Source: Eledone cirrhosa (taxonomy: Eukaryota). Taken from it: a stretch of DNA of 64,000 nt. The DNA is taken from the NCBI GenBank assembly GCA_964016885.1, contig OZ024742.1:84134001-84198000 (forward strand), written 5' to 3'. The notes under the pieces were generated by a model. The model was not told the DNA's origin. It ran no database searches and was given only the letters and a program-made list of their open reading frames with translations. The position numbers and the translations under genes are program-made. Positions 41,200 to 55,300 of the stretch are shown here, in pieces (position 1 is the stretch's first letter; each line of letters opens with the position of its first letter).

Positions 41200-43180
41200 C
41201 AGGAGAGGATACAAATCTCAAACGTCAAGCTGAAATATTTAATAGGCACACGTAAAGTCCTAGTTAAATTATTAAACGATGTAATGAAAAGCATAAAAAG
41301 TCTCTTTTAGACTAACACAAGAGAAGCTGCAATGGTCTCACATGGTTGCAAAGATTAATTACTGCCCAGCAACGTCATAACAGAAGATTGTAAAGGAGAT
41401 AGAAATATCTGAATATGGCATAGATTGACTACCAGAAAGGCTTTTAAAGTGTTCTCCACCAGTGGAGATTTCACATCAATTATTGAATGAATGACAAACA
41501 ATTCTGCACATAAAAAATATTCCAAAAGGACTCGCTCGTTATATTTCATTTCTACATGATGCCAATATCTTAACCAACGTACTAAATGAAACTGGGATCT
41601 GATACAAGTGTTGTAGAAGAACAATCAACAGTCCTCTGTTATGGGCGAACTAAAGTTGTACTTTGAAGATTACAAACAACTAGAACATGGCGACAGATAG
41701 CAAATGATTTAAATAGATTTCTAATGAAATATGAGAAATGGTAGAACACATACAAAGGCAATATTGAAGAAGGAAATAACTAATTAATAATGAAACATAT
41801 AGGAGAGAAATCCACCAAATGCAGACAAATATATCGAATTAATGAGATAGACAGTGAAGCACACACACATAAAATATGTTTAGGAATGAATATTACAGGC
41901 GCATTAGATTGATACAAATCTAAAGAAACTGAGCTAAATGCCACAGATAAGGTAATATAAAGAAATAATTTAGCCGTCTGAATATTAAGTTATAGGCATA
42001 GCATTCTCAACAAGAGTTGTTGGACCTCCATCGTTTCCAATGACGCTCTCTCCGGTCGATTCAGTTAACAGAATTGCCTGCTCCTTGAATTAACGTGTAA
42101 ATGGTTGAGCGTAAATTATATTTTGGGGAGATTTTGCGTGACAATATATGACAAGTCCCGCCCCTTGAATTACAGACACTAATTTTTGCCAGCAGTGTGA
42201 ACTGAAGCTTCGAGAAATAAAATATCTTGCTCAACTATACAGCATGCCACTCGGCCAGGGAATAAAATTCTCGACCTTTCGCTCGTGAATCGTCCCCAAG
42301 CACCATAACCACTACACACCTTCACCTTGCACAAGAGTACAAGTGAATTAAATAGACTAGACAGGGAAACAGAAAAACAACAACCGCATTTAGAATACAC
42401 TATATAAATCCGATAGAAAAATGTTCAATGATATTCATTGTAGGTTTACAAATAATTCTAGTAAACAATGACGAGAAACCAATATAAACAGCTTTAAAAA
42501 AACAATAACAAAAATGTTTTCTGCCTCCAATGACGTAATATACAAAACATAAGATAAGTTATCACAGAGATTTGGAGAGAAATAAGAGACAGCAACAGGG
42601 ATAGTGAAACACCAAAATCTAAGATTAAAGTTTGCCTTCATAATAATGTTATGCTAAAATGAGGACAAGAAAAATCTTTAGATGACAATTACCCGAGAAT
42701 ACAAAAAAGGGACAATAAATAGATGTCAAATTTCGCATTCGCTAAGAAGAATAGAAGTGAAAGCTGAGGCAGATGTATTTCTTATTGTAATAAAAAAAAC
42801 AAATCCTTCTTACTGAAAACAGTATACTATAAGTAACTACAGAATACGTACATAGCTAAAAGAAACAATTAATCGTATTGTGTCTGCCTGCCAAGTCTTA
42901 GCCAAAGGAAAACATATATGTAAGGAACGCATAGTTGGATCTTTTATACATCAGAAATTGACAGCACAATGAAATAACGACTGAAAAGAAATGATATAAA
43001 TATGCATCAGATGAGGTCTCAGAGAACGTCAAAGAGACCATACTTCATGGTACGCCAATCTACTGAAACAGTGAAATCAAATTTTATCGACTAGATATTG
43101 TTGCCAGATGGATCGAGGTATGAGTCGCTATATACAATAATATATTTAAAAAAGAAATGAAATAATTTCCCAGATTGAGA
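41200..43180 (+). mobile_element. Highly decayed R4/Dong-like (RLE) LINE
   Basis: remnants of WID..KAF, (Y)MGELKLY (YMDD-like), TELNA, ETINRIVSACQVLAK (CCHC-like), RLDIV (PD motif). Confidence 0.6.
42025..42325 (-). mobile_element. Second tRNA-derived SINE family, nested in the LINE
   Basis: gcctgctccttgaattaacgtg..gaaataaaatatcttgctcaa..aaccacta; recalled octopod SINE pattern. Confidence 0.6.
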
Positions 43181-43919
43181 TATCTTAAAAATAGCGATAA
43201 CCAGAATAAAAGGATTGAAAATAAAAAAAAAACAATCCTATAATAATTGATGAGCTGGGAAGGATTAAAACACATGATTTACACATAAACACAACGAATA
43301 CTAACAAGTGACAAACACTAACAAGTAAAACACGTATCACGTAGAGTAATTTCCATGCATTAGAACACGAAAATAAACGTAAAAAGACCGCATCATAGGA
43401 CGCAGGTCTGCATTTAGATAACAGAAATAAGTGATACAAATACACAAGAAAATGTTTGTGACAATTACAAAGCCACCATGTACTGTGTCTGGTAATGCTA
43501 TTATCTGTATGTTGTTTATAATGTGGAAGTTCTGGGGATATGGCTAGGTATTCTCTGCCTTACTTCCTGCGAAGTTCGAGGTTACAATGCTTTAAAACTA
43601 TCATCCTTTCTTTGGACAACATCAGTATCTGAGAAAATGTAGTTTCGTGCTCGGCGACTGGTGATTTACTCTTCAATATGGCTTAGGGTAGCTTCTCATA
43701 GGTGAGGAGAGTGTAGTGTTGCCTCATTACGCTTCACCAATACAGTCATACAAATTTATATATATAGAAAAGAAATAGGATTTCGCTTCAAGCATAGATT
43801 TATACAATTTGTATAGAAATTTCGTATTTCGAAAGAAATACGATTTTAGGAAGCCGTAACTATGCGAACACCGGGGGGCTAACGCCTTCTGGTGTTGTCC
43901 CGCAGAAGCAAAGGGGACA

Positions 43920-43963
43920 ACCGTCTATGCATTTCAGGCTTGACTCGCCATCGTCAGGACGAT
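43920..43963 (-). ncRNA. Minimal type I hammerhead ribozyme (family D)
   Basis: ATCGTC-CTGACGA-tGGC-gagtcaa-GCCt-GAAA-TGCA-TA-GACGGT. Confidence 0.8.
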
Positions 43964-44284
43964 CCCTCCTACTGCTCTGCGACTGCTAGACTTGAAAACA
44001 GCCGAGAATATATAGTTTTCTCGTCTGTGTAAATGAGGTGATTAATCTCATTTGCATATGAAGCTGCATAAGTTGGCTCAACTTATAATAGAAAAGAAAG
44101 AGGATTTCGCTTCAAGCATAGCTTTATACAATATGTATAGAAATTTCGTATTTCTTCTATTATAAGTTGAGCCAACTTATGCTGCTTCATATGCAAATGA
44201 GATTAATCACCTCATTTACACAGACGAGAAAACTATATATTCTCCGCTGTTTTCAAGTTCAGCAGTCGCAGAGCAGTGGGAGGG

Positions 44285-44328
44285 ATCGTCCTGACGATGG
44301 CCAGTCAAGCCTGAAATGCATAGTCAGT
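44285..44328 (+). ncRNA. HHR (family D inverted copy, stem I damaged)
   Basis: core intact, 3' stem I strand reads gtcagt. Confidence 0.6.
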
Positions 44329-44451
44329 TGTCCCCCTTGCTTCTGCTGGACAACTTCAGAGGGCGTTAGCCCCCCGGTGTTCGCATAGCTAGCGCTTCCT
44401 TAAATCGTATTTCTTTCGAAATACGAAATTTCTATACACACACACACATAT

Positions 44452-44655
44452 ATCATCATCATCATCATCATCGTTTAACGTCCATCTTCCAAGCTAACAT
44501 GGGTTTGACGATTTTGTTCCACTTGAAGCAAGATTGGTCGGGAGACCACGTCTTGCTCACACAGAACTGTCCCTGGCAGGTTTTCTACGACTGGGTGCCC
44601 TTCCTAACACCAACCACATTTACAGTGTGGACTGGGAGCCTTTTTACCGTGTCTC
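44452..44655 (-). mobile_element. SINE with (GAT)n tail
   Basis: reverse complement of 8410-8657. Confidence 0.75.
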
Positions 44656-45242
44656 CTACATGTATATATATATAAAGAGAAGATGAGAGATTATGCATAC
44701 CTTGTTATTTCTGTGTGTGCATATCATTAGGAATATTAGCAATGTTAGAACATTTAGGCGTTATATGAATATTAGAAACCAATAATCAATATTATCTTTG
44801 TCGCATCACTGACAAATTTCAATTCGACTGTGGCATATTTAAGCCATATTTTCTTTTATTTCTTTCTGAACATCATTATGACTTTATTTAGGCTTTGTCT
44901 GTTAAACCTAATGAAACATTGCACATGAAAGCTGGCAACAAAAAAGTAACATACTTATATAATTGATTAATTAAATAACTAGCAACGTAATTAGTTAATA
45001 ATTACATAATTAGTTATATATAGGTAATTCATATTTGTTCAATCAATTAGTAATTAGGAAATATGCCGATAAGAAGTTATTTCGATCCTACAGTACGGTA
45101 GTTCGAGTAAATATTTTCTACTGTGGCGCCAAGTTTATCATTGCCTCACAACACAAATTTGGTTTACGGACGAATATATATATATAGCTTCAAACAACTC
45201 GATTAGTACCTGGTTTATGGCAGCTACAACTTCGATTCATAT

Positions 45243-45285
<43 letters not shown>

Positions 45286-46188
45286 GCTGCCTATAGGCAT
45301 AGCTCTTGCTGTTTCGACACCAAATTCAAGACGAGAGATTTCTCTCTCTCTCTCTCGCTTTTATAATTAATAATTAATTAATTAATTAATTGATTGATTG
45401 ATTGATTAATTATTTATTGTTTGTTTGACAACCTAGTTGAGAGCTTAGTTTAGCGGCTGTGAACAAATTCCTTTGTTCAACACTTTTGAAATTACCCGTC
45501 AAAACCCGGATGTGAATATTCCTCTTTTCTTGAGAAAGAACACGTGACCCCTCTGCCAAAGTTGTTGCTACAGTACTTGGCAGTGGAGTTACTAAGCCAC
45601 GCTGATGGATAAAAGAACGAAATGCCTGTTGAGAAAGGGATATCCTCGTTCCACCTTAGGTTAAATTACTGGCTTGCATGGTACGCAACTTGGAGTGTAG
45701 CTTTCGAATTCCCAGAAACCAATCGAAGATATTTATATAGTATCTATCGATCCGGTCTAGGGTCGTCTTTAACCTGTTTGTATTTTCGTTGTTGTAGTAG
45801 CAATGTGGCAACATGTGTCCGGTCGCAATTTTCACTGTGTCACAACCTAAACGTATTGTTATTAGTCTGAGCTATAATTTATCGATTTATTGATCCCCTC
45901 ATGGAGCGCTTTGTGCCAGCCTCAGATGATTGATTTCGAAAAATGCTAATCACGGCTGCATCTTCAACCACTGATGAGCAAAAGAATTGGTAATTCGCTT
46001 CACCAAAATTGCGAAACACCATTACCAAAAGCTCTCTGGGTGTTCGGTAGTTACCGCAATATCGGATTGTATTTCTTTTCTTTATTTATTCTTATCATAG
46101 TTAGTATTCTTTTCACCCTAGCGAATCTGGTCCCTTACGATTTCAACACATATATGTATATATCTGTGTTTATCTCTCTTTTATATTC

Positions 46189-46221
<33 letters not shown>

Positions 46222-46224
<3 letters not shown>

Positions 46225-46427
46225 CGAAGGAAATGTGGTAAGGAACCAGATAGACCATAACGCACCAAAGTACTCAATACTTAGAGTAGTAGAGTGGGTA
46301 ATAGGAACGATAGGTCCCCGACGGCTGAGCTCAAGCCGTTTCGACGGCTAATTCTGGACTAAAATCCGTTCAGTCCAGAATTAGCCGTCGAAACGGCTTG
46401 AGCTCAGCCGTCGGGATCCTACTCGTT

Positions 46428-46432
<5 letters not shown>
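46222..46432. mobile_element. Family B element with long hairpin
   Basis: homologous to 11199-11400 with an 11-nt loop aaaatccgttc. Confidence 0.85.
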
Positions 46433-46495
<63 letters not shown>

Positions 46496-46505
46496 TATAT
46501 ATATA

Positions 46506-46646
<141 letters not shown>

Positions 46647-46880
46647 GTATAATTTATATTTGTTCATACACGGAACAAAGAGCTAACCAAGGTTTCAAAG
46701 CCCAATTTTGACCATACCTGCCTGCAGAAAACAAGAGGCATCAAAATAGTTACCTTTCTTCAGGCGTCAATGCTCGTCTCATTGTTCCGTGTATGAGCAT
46801 AAATAAATAATATATTTCTGCTCTCTTCCAAATTGAACACTGGTTTCCTTTTTCCTTTTCACATTTACGGATATTGCTAT

Positions 46881-46970
<90 letters not shown>

Positions 46971-46976
<6 letters not shown>

Positions 46977-47329
46977 ATATTAAATAAATGAAAATAATAT
47001 TTATAAATCCATATTTATTCTATTATATATATTTCAAGGGTACCAAAATGTTGGTACGCTATCATCAGATAAAATACAAAATGTTTGATAAATATTTGAC
47101 ATAACCAAGAATAATATAGCTTAACCGTTCAGGTTATCCCTGGAAAAGAAAGACTTTCCAGGGATAACTTCAACCGTTAAGGTATACTATCAAATATTTA
47201 TAAAACATTTTGTATTTTATCTGATGATAGCGTACCAAAATTTTGGTACCCTTGATATATATATATATATATATATAATAGAATAAATATGGTTTTATAA
47301 ATATTGTTTCCATTTATTTACTATCATTG
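46971..47329. mobile_element. ~360-bp foldback of family F pLTR with two HHRs (47016-47076 minus, 47213-47286 plus)
   Basis: near-palindrome centred ~47150; arms match 23300-23428 and 31441-31572. Confidence 0.85.
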
Positions 47330-47443
47330 AATAATTACTCCAGAAATCTGTCGAGTGCCCTGAATCAGATATAAACATTTATATTTGTTGTATTTCCAAC
47401 AAATTAAATATCCCTTCTACTTATATATATAGGAAAATGTTCA

Positions 47444-47564
47444 AGACCCCGACGGCAGAGCTCAAGCCGTTTCGATGGCTATTTCTACCCACTCTACTAC
47501 TCTAAGTATTGAGGACTCTGGTGCGTTATGGTCCACCCGGTTCCTTACCACACTTCCTTCGTTA
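47444..47564 (-). mobile_element. Family B copy lacking one arm
   Basis: like 21600-21725. Confidence 0.8.
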
Positions 47565-47595
47565 TATATATATATATATATATAAATATATATAT

Positions 47596-48363
47596 AAAAA
47601 CAAATAACGAAACGAAATTTAATTTCGTTTCGTTTGTAACTCACTTTTGTATGACTAACGCTTAAACAATTAAGTCAAAAATGTACATCCACATATGTAT
47701 ACTGAAATACTAGTATGCATATGAATACACACACGTATACATATGTAGATGTACCGAGTTTTTCACTGGTCACTTTACTGTGAGTGTCCAGCTATTCTGT
47801 ATGTAAACACACAGACAAACCGGTTTTTAGAGTCATACTGGTTTTTGAGGAAACACCTTTCCTCTATTCTCCAGAAAGCCAGACAAGGAATATTGAACTA
47901 GTTTCGTTGTTGTTACAACTCATCAGCAATATTTACCTATCTTCCGGCCCCTCTAGAGAATCGTAAAAGCACATATCGTTATATGCTTTTTCTATGAAAA
48001 TTAGTAGTGGGCAGACTAATTTGCATAGAGCGTGAGTACGTACCGGTTCAACGGAGACGATAAAAACAAATAACGAAACGAAATTAAATTTCGTTTCGTT
48101 TGTAACTCACTTTTGTATGACTGACGCTTAAACAATTAAGTCAAAAATGTACATCCACATATGTATACTGAAATACTAGTATGCATATGAATACACACAC
48201 GTATACATATGTAGATGTACCGAGTTTTTCACTGGTCACTTTACTGTGAGTGTCCAGCTATTCTGTATGTAAACACACAGACAAACCGGTTTTTAGAGTC
48301 ATACTGGTTTTTGAGGAAACACCTTTCCTCTTGTCTGTGTGTTTACATACAGAATAGCTGGAC
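47596..48363 (-). mobile_element. Family C retrozyme-like element, second locus (1.6 units plus short inverted tip)
   Basis: close match to 27463-28062; period ~466. Confidence 0.85.
47889..47933 (-). ncRNA. Minimal type I hammerhead ribozyme (family C variant)
   Basis: AATATTG-CTGATGA-GTTGT-aaca-ACAAC-GAAA-CTAG-TT-CAATATT. Confidence 0.9.
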
Positions 48364-51300
48364 GTGAGCCCCCCCTGTTTAAAACCGTTAAATCGCGTCC
48401 TCTTGAAAGATTTCCCCATAACCTCCCCTCTCCCTGACACAACTCAAAATACCCCAACCCCACCACACTCGGATACCCCCACACCACCACAAAACATCCC
48501 TCCACCCAACACACCCGACGCCATGGAAATTACACAACCGGAGAGGTAGGTGCTTTTCTTTCTTAACTTTCAACACCAAAATAGATCAATTGAGAGTTGG
48601 CTGTTTGAATGCGCGTGGCCTGGGCTCAGCTTGGAAGCAAGCAAAGCTTCTAAGTGACCTCAGGTCACGAAGTATAGATGTGATGGTTGTTTGCGAGAGT
48701 CGGATCAGCAGCGTGCGACAGCTGGCTCCCGCCTTCGATGACTTTGAGATGCACGCATCTCTCTGTCAACCCGGAGGCGGAGGTGGGGTTGCCGTACTGC
48801 TGGATAAACGTCTGGCTCTCGACGCACAGATTGTTCACTCGTACCCGGGGGGTCGATTACTGGTGCTGGACGTCGGAGGCGGTGAAGGCGGGGCTTTCAG
48901 ACTGGTCGGTCTTTATGCCCCCTTCGGGGCTGAAAGAGCCGACTTCTTCCAGCGTCTGGAGACTTTTCTAGGAACGTCGCGTTCCCTGCTTTTAGTGGGG
49001 GACTGGAATGGAATCCTAGATGCGCGTTTGGACTATGCAGGGGCATGTCCCGATAGAGGGGGGTGTAGCAGCCTCAAGGGGTTACTCGATCGATTCGACC
49101 TGGTCGATAGATTTCGACTAGATTTTCCAACTGTGCCAACCTGGACCTGGGCAAACCACAGTGGTCAATCTAGATCGTACCTAGATAGGTTTTTGGTTAG
49201 GAGTAAGGATAGGGACGTATTTAGTTGTCCAGAATTGCTCATGGTTGGCTATTCAGATCACAAATTAGTGACCTGCGTGGTCAACCTTGATAGAACGCAT
49301 AGACAGGGTCCCTGTTACTGGAAGCTGAACTTGTCCTTGCCGGCAAAGGAAGCTTACAGGAACCGGATTAGTAGCTTAGTTAAGATGCGGTTGACGGGAG
49401 CGATCGTCAACAGCAGGTGGTGGGTATCTCTAAAGAGAGAGATTAGAGTAAGTTCGATAGGTTACAGTAAGGAACTAGCGGCGAATAGAAATAGGAGAGA
49501 AAGGGAGTTAACAGATAAACTAGAAGAGGCGATTAGGAGCGGAGAAGTGGCCAGAGTGTTAGCGGCGAGAACGGCGTTGAGCCAGTTCTTTGACGCGAAG
49601 CACGAAGGCTGCGTTGTCCGAAGTAAAATACGTGCTTTAGGAAACGAGGGGACCAAAGCTGTTAGCTGGGCCCGTGTGACAGAAGCCAAGAGTGGGATTA
49701 AATCCACCATTCGGTCTTTGCGAGACCAGGATGGACGGGTGATCCTTGAACCTGAGCGGATGTGCGAGGCCTTTCAAAGGCACTTTGCTCGACTGTTCGG
49801 AGGGGGCGGGTGGCCGGATGGGGATGTGGACTTCGGTCCATACCTCGACGGTCTACCGCGTCTTTCGAGCGGCGAAGCGGAGTGCTGCGAAAGGCCAATC
49901 ACAGCCACTGAAATCGGGGAAGCGCTCAGCCAATGCAGCAGACGCAAATCTCCGGGTCTCGATGGTCTACCATACGAACTTTATTTAGCTATGCCGGTCT
50001 TGTTCTCCGAACTCCTCGAGGCTGTCTATTGCAACTGGCAACAGAACGGGAGAATTCCCTGTTCTGTGACCAAGGACGTAGTCACGCTAGTGAGGAAGGA
50101 CGAGAGCAAGGGGGACGACTTAAGTAACTTTAGGCCCATAACTCTGCTGAATGCAGAGTTACAGATTTTGGCCAAGGTGTTGGCGAAGAGGTTGGCGCTT
50201 GTGGTGGGTGGTTTGGTGGGAGACGCGCAGACATGCGCTATCCCGTCCAGGTCCATTCACGACAACCTCCACCTCATGCGATACATCGTAGAGAGGGTTG
50301 GGAACGAACCCGGCTTTGGTGGGGCCCTGATCAACTTGGATCAATTTAAGGCGTTCGATAGGGTCGACCATGGTTACCTGGATGCGGTGCTAGCGGCGGC
50401 GGGCTTCGGACCCGTTTTCAGGGGCTGGATTTCTGCCATGCACCGTGGTAACGTTGCTCTAGGATTAAAGTAAACGGCTACCTCTCGGAGCCGTTTAAAA
50501 TCGCCCGGTCCATCAGGCAGGGGTGCCCACTCTACTCCCTTCTGTACGTATTGACTCTCGAGCCACTGCTGTGGAAGTTGGAGTTGCTGCGGGGCATACC
50601 CCTGAAGCTGAGATTGTACAAAGCGGTCTCGGCCTATGCCGACGACGTAACAGTAATGGTGGCGGACGCCTCGGAAATCGGGGCGATCGCCACCCTACTG
50701 GAGGAATACGAAAGGCTGACGGGGGCTTGGCTGAACCGGGACAAGTCAGTCGGTTTGCAACTCGGAAAGTGGAGGGGAAAACCGATGCCGTTAGACGGTG
50801 TCGTCGGGCGGTGGATGGAGGGCCCGGTGAAGCTGCTCGGAGTCTGGTTCGGACCGGACCTCCAGGTGGAGAAGAATTGGGGCGAAGTGACGAGCAGGGT
50901 GTTTGCGCTGACCCAGAAGTGGGCCAAGTGCAAACTATCACTGAAAGGTCGGGCGGAGGTGACGAACGCTTACATAGCGTCCGTCATCTACTACCGCCTG
51001 ACCGTCGTGCCTTGCCCCAAGGAAACGCTCACCATCATGGAGCGCATGCTCTTCCAGTTCCTCTGGAAGAAGCGGCCTCCCATGGTGAGGAGATCCATCT
51101 GCTGCCAGCACCCTTCGAAAGGAGGGCTGGGTATGCCGTGGCTGTTGATGCGTAGGCACGCATTGAGGCTACGGCATCTACAGGTATTCCTCACCGGTCA
51201 GCCGGTGTGGGCCCCGTTTGTGAGGCGAGCCTTCCCACAGCTTGTCTCGCTCACCGAGCTGCAATCCTGGGTGAAGCAAAGACCGAGAAAACTGGGCAAC

Positions 51301-52251
51301 TGGCACACCGAGTGTGCCCAGGCGCTCACGGCTCTCTGGCAAGCGGACCCGACTATCAGTGGAGAATCCACCTCGACACTCTATAGAGGGCTGGTGGCTA
51401 GCAGGGGCGACGACACCGTTGGAGAGTCGCTAGGCATGGAGGAGGACGAACTGGCCAGCCTGTTCGGTAGAACTTTCGGCCCGGGACCCATGGACAACTT
51501 CCAGAGGTCCCTAGCCTGGCAGTGCTACCGGGGGGCTCTGCCCGTTCGAGAAAAGCTCTACAGACACGGGCGCCCGGGCAGGGATCCCGCGAAAAAGATC
51601 TGTCCCAGATGCGTGCGCGACGAGGAAACCGTTGCGCATGCACTGGTACACTTCCCGGGCGTTGCCGATCTGTGGGGCTACGTCGAACGACTGCTGTCGC
51701 GTGTGGCGCCGATTCGATCGACCGCCGAGTCTGTGGTGAACATCAAGCCGCCTCCTCCCTTCAGAAATGAAGCAGAGTCGGTCTTTCTGTGCGTAATAGC
51801 CATGATGAAAGAGGTTGTGTGGTGGACGCGCCTGAAAGGTCTGAGGTCGGGTGACTTTCTCTCCGGCCAACACCTGGTTTACTTCTTCCGATACCACTTC
51901 GGAAGAAGGATCAGGATGGAGAGAGAAGTGCTTGGCTCCAGACAGTTTTACGAAAGGTGTGTGAAAGAAGCGAGAATGGATCGTGTAAATGGGCCTTCTC
52001 TCTACATTGTTCTGTAGGTGAAGAAGTGAAGAGGAAAGGGGGAGCGCCTCCTCTCTGGGCTTCCCCCACGAAAAGAGTTGCACACTTTTCGGGGGTATGT
52101 GCAATCCCCAACACGCCCCCTCCCTTTTGAGGACTTTTTATTATTATATTATTCTTATTGTTATGCCTTTTTCTTTACTCGCATTTATGTAAACCCCCCC
52201 CCCCCCTGTGTATTTGTCCCTTTCTCTTGTGCCCTAGTGGCAAATAAAGAA

Positions 52252-52252
<1 letters not shown>
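48364..52252 (+). mobile_element. Tx1-clade LINE copy 1 (probable ORF1 tail, ORF2, 3'UTR)
   Basis: GC-rich; 3'UTR ends gcaAATAAAgaa followed by (ATCT)n. Confidence 0.92.
48590..52017 (+). pseudogene. Tx1 ORF2: AP endonuclease, RT, Zn-knuckle; one frameshift near 50450
   Basis: LNARGL, CES, GDWN, SYLDRF, SDH, YWKLN, KSPGLDGL, RPITLLN, LDQFKAFDRV, RQGCPL, AYADD, GGLG, CPRC..ET..H. Confidence 0.92.

Positions 52253-52302
<50 letters not shown>
52252..52302. repeat. (ATCT)n between the two Tx1 copies
   Basis: direct reading. Confidence 0.95.
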
Positions 52303-52304
<2 letters not shown>

Positions 52305-55300
52305 CGTCCTTTTTCTCAAACTTTTCTTCACCAACATGGCTAGTTTACGAGTTGGAACCGTGAATGTGCGTGGCTTAGCGATGCCCTGGAAACAGGGCCA
52401 ACTTTTAAACGACCTTAGGTCACACAGTATGGATGTGATAGCCATCACCGAGTCCAGGATCCACAACAGGCAGCAACTAACCCCCATCTTCAACGATTTT
52501 GAGATCTACGCATCTCTCTGTCAGCTAGGAGGTGGAGGTGGAGTGGCTGTTATGATTCGGAAGAACCTGGACGTCGGAGTACAGCAAGTACACTTGGACC
52601 CGGAGGGTAGACTGGTAATCCTAGACGCGAACAGTATCGGAGGTGGAGCCTTCAGACTGGTGGCCGTTTATGCCTCGACCGGGCAATCGCAATCACGGCA
52701 AGACTTCTTATAGCGTCTATAGTCTTTTCTGGGAACGTCTCGCTCCTTACTTTTAGAGGGGGACTGGAATGGTATCCTAGATGCACGATGGGACTATGTG
52801 GGAGCATGTTCCAGTAGAGCTGGGTGCAACAGCCTCAAAACTTTAATCGGCCAATTCCAACTGGCCGATAGGTATCGACTGGATTTCCCGACTGCACCAC
52901 AGTGGACGTGGGCAAACCGCAGTGGGACATCTATATCGTATTTAGATAAAGGGACAAGGAGATGTTAAGCTGTCCACGAATGCACATGGTTGCCTATTCA
53001 GATCACAAGTTAGTCGTCTGCTTAGTCAACCGTGATAGAATACATAGACAGGGTCCCGGATACTGGAAGCTGAACGTGTCATTGCCGGCACGTAAAGCTT
53101 ACAGTGAACGGATAAGTAGACTAGTCAAGCAACAGTTAACGGGAGCCATCGTCAACAATAGATGGTGGTACTCTCTCAAGACAGCAATTAGAATAGAATC
53201 GATAGGGTATAGCAGAGAGTTAGCCTTAGCGAAAAACAGAATAGAAAGAGAACTAGTAGCCAAGGTAGAGGAGGCACTTAGAAGTGGCAACGCGGCTAGA
53301 GTGTTAGCGTCGAGAACGGCACTGGACCAGTTCTTCGATGCGAAACACGAAGGCTGCGTTGTCAGAAGCAAAACACGTGCTCTAGGAAACGAAGGAGCGA
53401 AAGCTGTCAGCTGGGTCCGAGTGGCGGAGGCAAAAAGTGGCAACAAGTCCACGATTCGGTCTTTGAAAGACCAAAACAGACGCGCGCTACTTGACCCCAA
53501 GCAAATGTGCGCGACCTTTCAGCGGCACATTGCGCAACTGTTTGAGCATAACGACGGTGAGCCGAACGGGGCAATGTACTTTAGTTCATACATCGATGGC
53601 CTGCCGCGTCTCTCGAACGCGGACGCCGAGTTCTGCGAAAGACCGATCGCGGACACTGAGATACGGGACGCTCTGGGCCGCTGGGGGAAACGCAAGTCAC
53701 TCGGTCTAGATGGTCTACCCTACGAATTTTACATAGGCATGTCGGACTTGTTCTCTGGCATCATCGAAGCCGTCTACTGCAATTGGCAGCAGAACGGGAG
53801 AATTCCCAGTTCTGCAGGCAAGGGTGTAATAACGCTGATCAGGAAAGACGAGAACAAGGGGGAGGAAATTAGCAACTTAAGGCCCATAACTCTCCTCAAC
53901 ACAGAGTTAAAGATTTTGGCCAAGGTGCTAGCGACGAAGTTGGCGCTTGTCGTCGAGAACCTGGTAGGGAAAGTGCTAACGTGTGCAATCCCGACCAGGT
54001 CCATACACGACATTCTCCACCTCATGCGATACATCATAGAGAGGGCGGGTAGTAAACCCCGCTTCGGTGGGGCTGATGATCAACTTGGATCAGTCTAAGG
54101 CATTCGATAGGGTCGACCATCGATACTTGGAAGCGGTTCTCAAGGCGGCCGGTTTCGGTCCCGTGTTCAGAGGATGGATCGAGGCGATGCACACCAGCAT
54201 CTGCTCGAGGGTCAAGGTGTACGGCTACCTCTCGGAGCCGTTCGCAATCACGCGTTCCATTCGACAGGAGTGCCCTCTCTCCTCCATTCTGTATGTATTG
54301 ACTCTAGAGCCACTACTGCGGAAATTGGAGCTGTTGAGGGGCATCCCTCTAGAACCGGGACTGAGCAAAGCGGCGTCGGCTTATACCGATGACGTGACGG
54401 TAATGGTGTCGAGCACCTCGGAAATCGGGGTGATCGGAAACTTAATGAAAGAATACGAAACGCTGACAGGAGGAAAACTAAACCCGGACAGGTCTGTCGG
54501 TTTGCAACTCGGTACGTGGAGAGGCAAACTGATGACATCCGACAACGTCATTGGACGCTGGACGGACGGACCGGTGAAATTGCTCGGGGTCTGGTTCGGG
54601 CCAGACCTCCAGGTGGAGAAAAACTGGAACGAGGTCACGGCCAAGGTGTTTGCACTCACGTAGAAGTGGGCAGAGTGCAAACTGTCCTTGAAAGGTCGAG
54701 CGGAGATGGCGAACACTTTCATAGCGTCCGTCATCTTCTACCGCTTGACTGTCGTGCCTTGTCCCCGTGAACACCTCGCCAAGATGGAACGCATGCTCTT
54801 CCAGTTTGTGTGGAAGAAGCAGGCTCCGCTGGTGAGGAGATCCGTCTGTTGTCAGCACCCTTCAAACGGAGGGCTGGGAATGCCGTGGCTGATGATGCGC
54901 AAACATGCGCTGAGGCTGCGGCATCTCCAGATATTCCTCACCGACCCCCAACCGGTGTGGGCACCGTTTGTGAGACAGGCTTTCCCACAGCTCGTCTCGC
55001 TGACGGAGCTGCAGTCCTGGGTGAAGAAAAGACCGAAAACGATGGGCACATTGAATGCGCTCAGGCGCTCACAGTCCTCTGGCAAGTGGGCGCAGCAATC
55101 AGTGGAGACTCCACTTCCACATTCTATAGAGGGATTGTACGTTACAAAGGCGACGACGTGCTCGGAGAGACTCTGGGCGTCGAAGATGATGAGCTCACCA
55201 GTCTGTTTGGTAGGACTTTCCGCCCGGGATCTATGGACAACTTCCAGAGGTCCCTGGCCTGACTGCTACCGAGGAGCTCTACTGGTTCGTGACAAGATCT

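Larger units (their letters stand above)
43767..44437 (-). mobile_element. Family D retrozyme-like element: 1.2 tandem 324-bp units plus inverted copy
   Basis: gaaaagaaa.aggatttcgcttcaagcatag at 43767 and 44091; 44153-44437 inverted; octamer and HHR in each arm. Confidence 0.85.
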
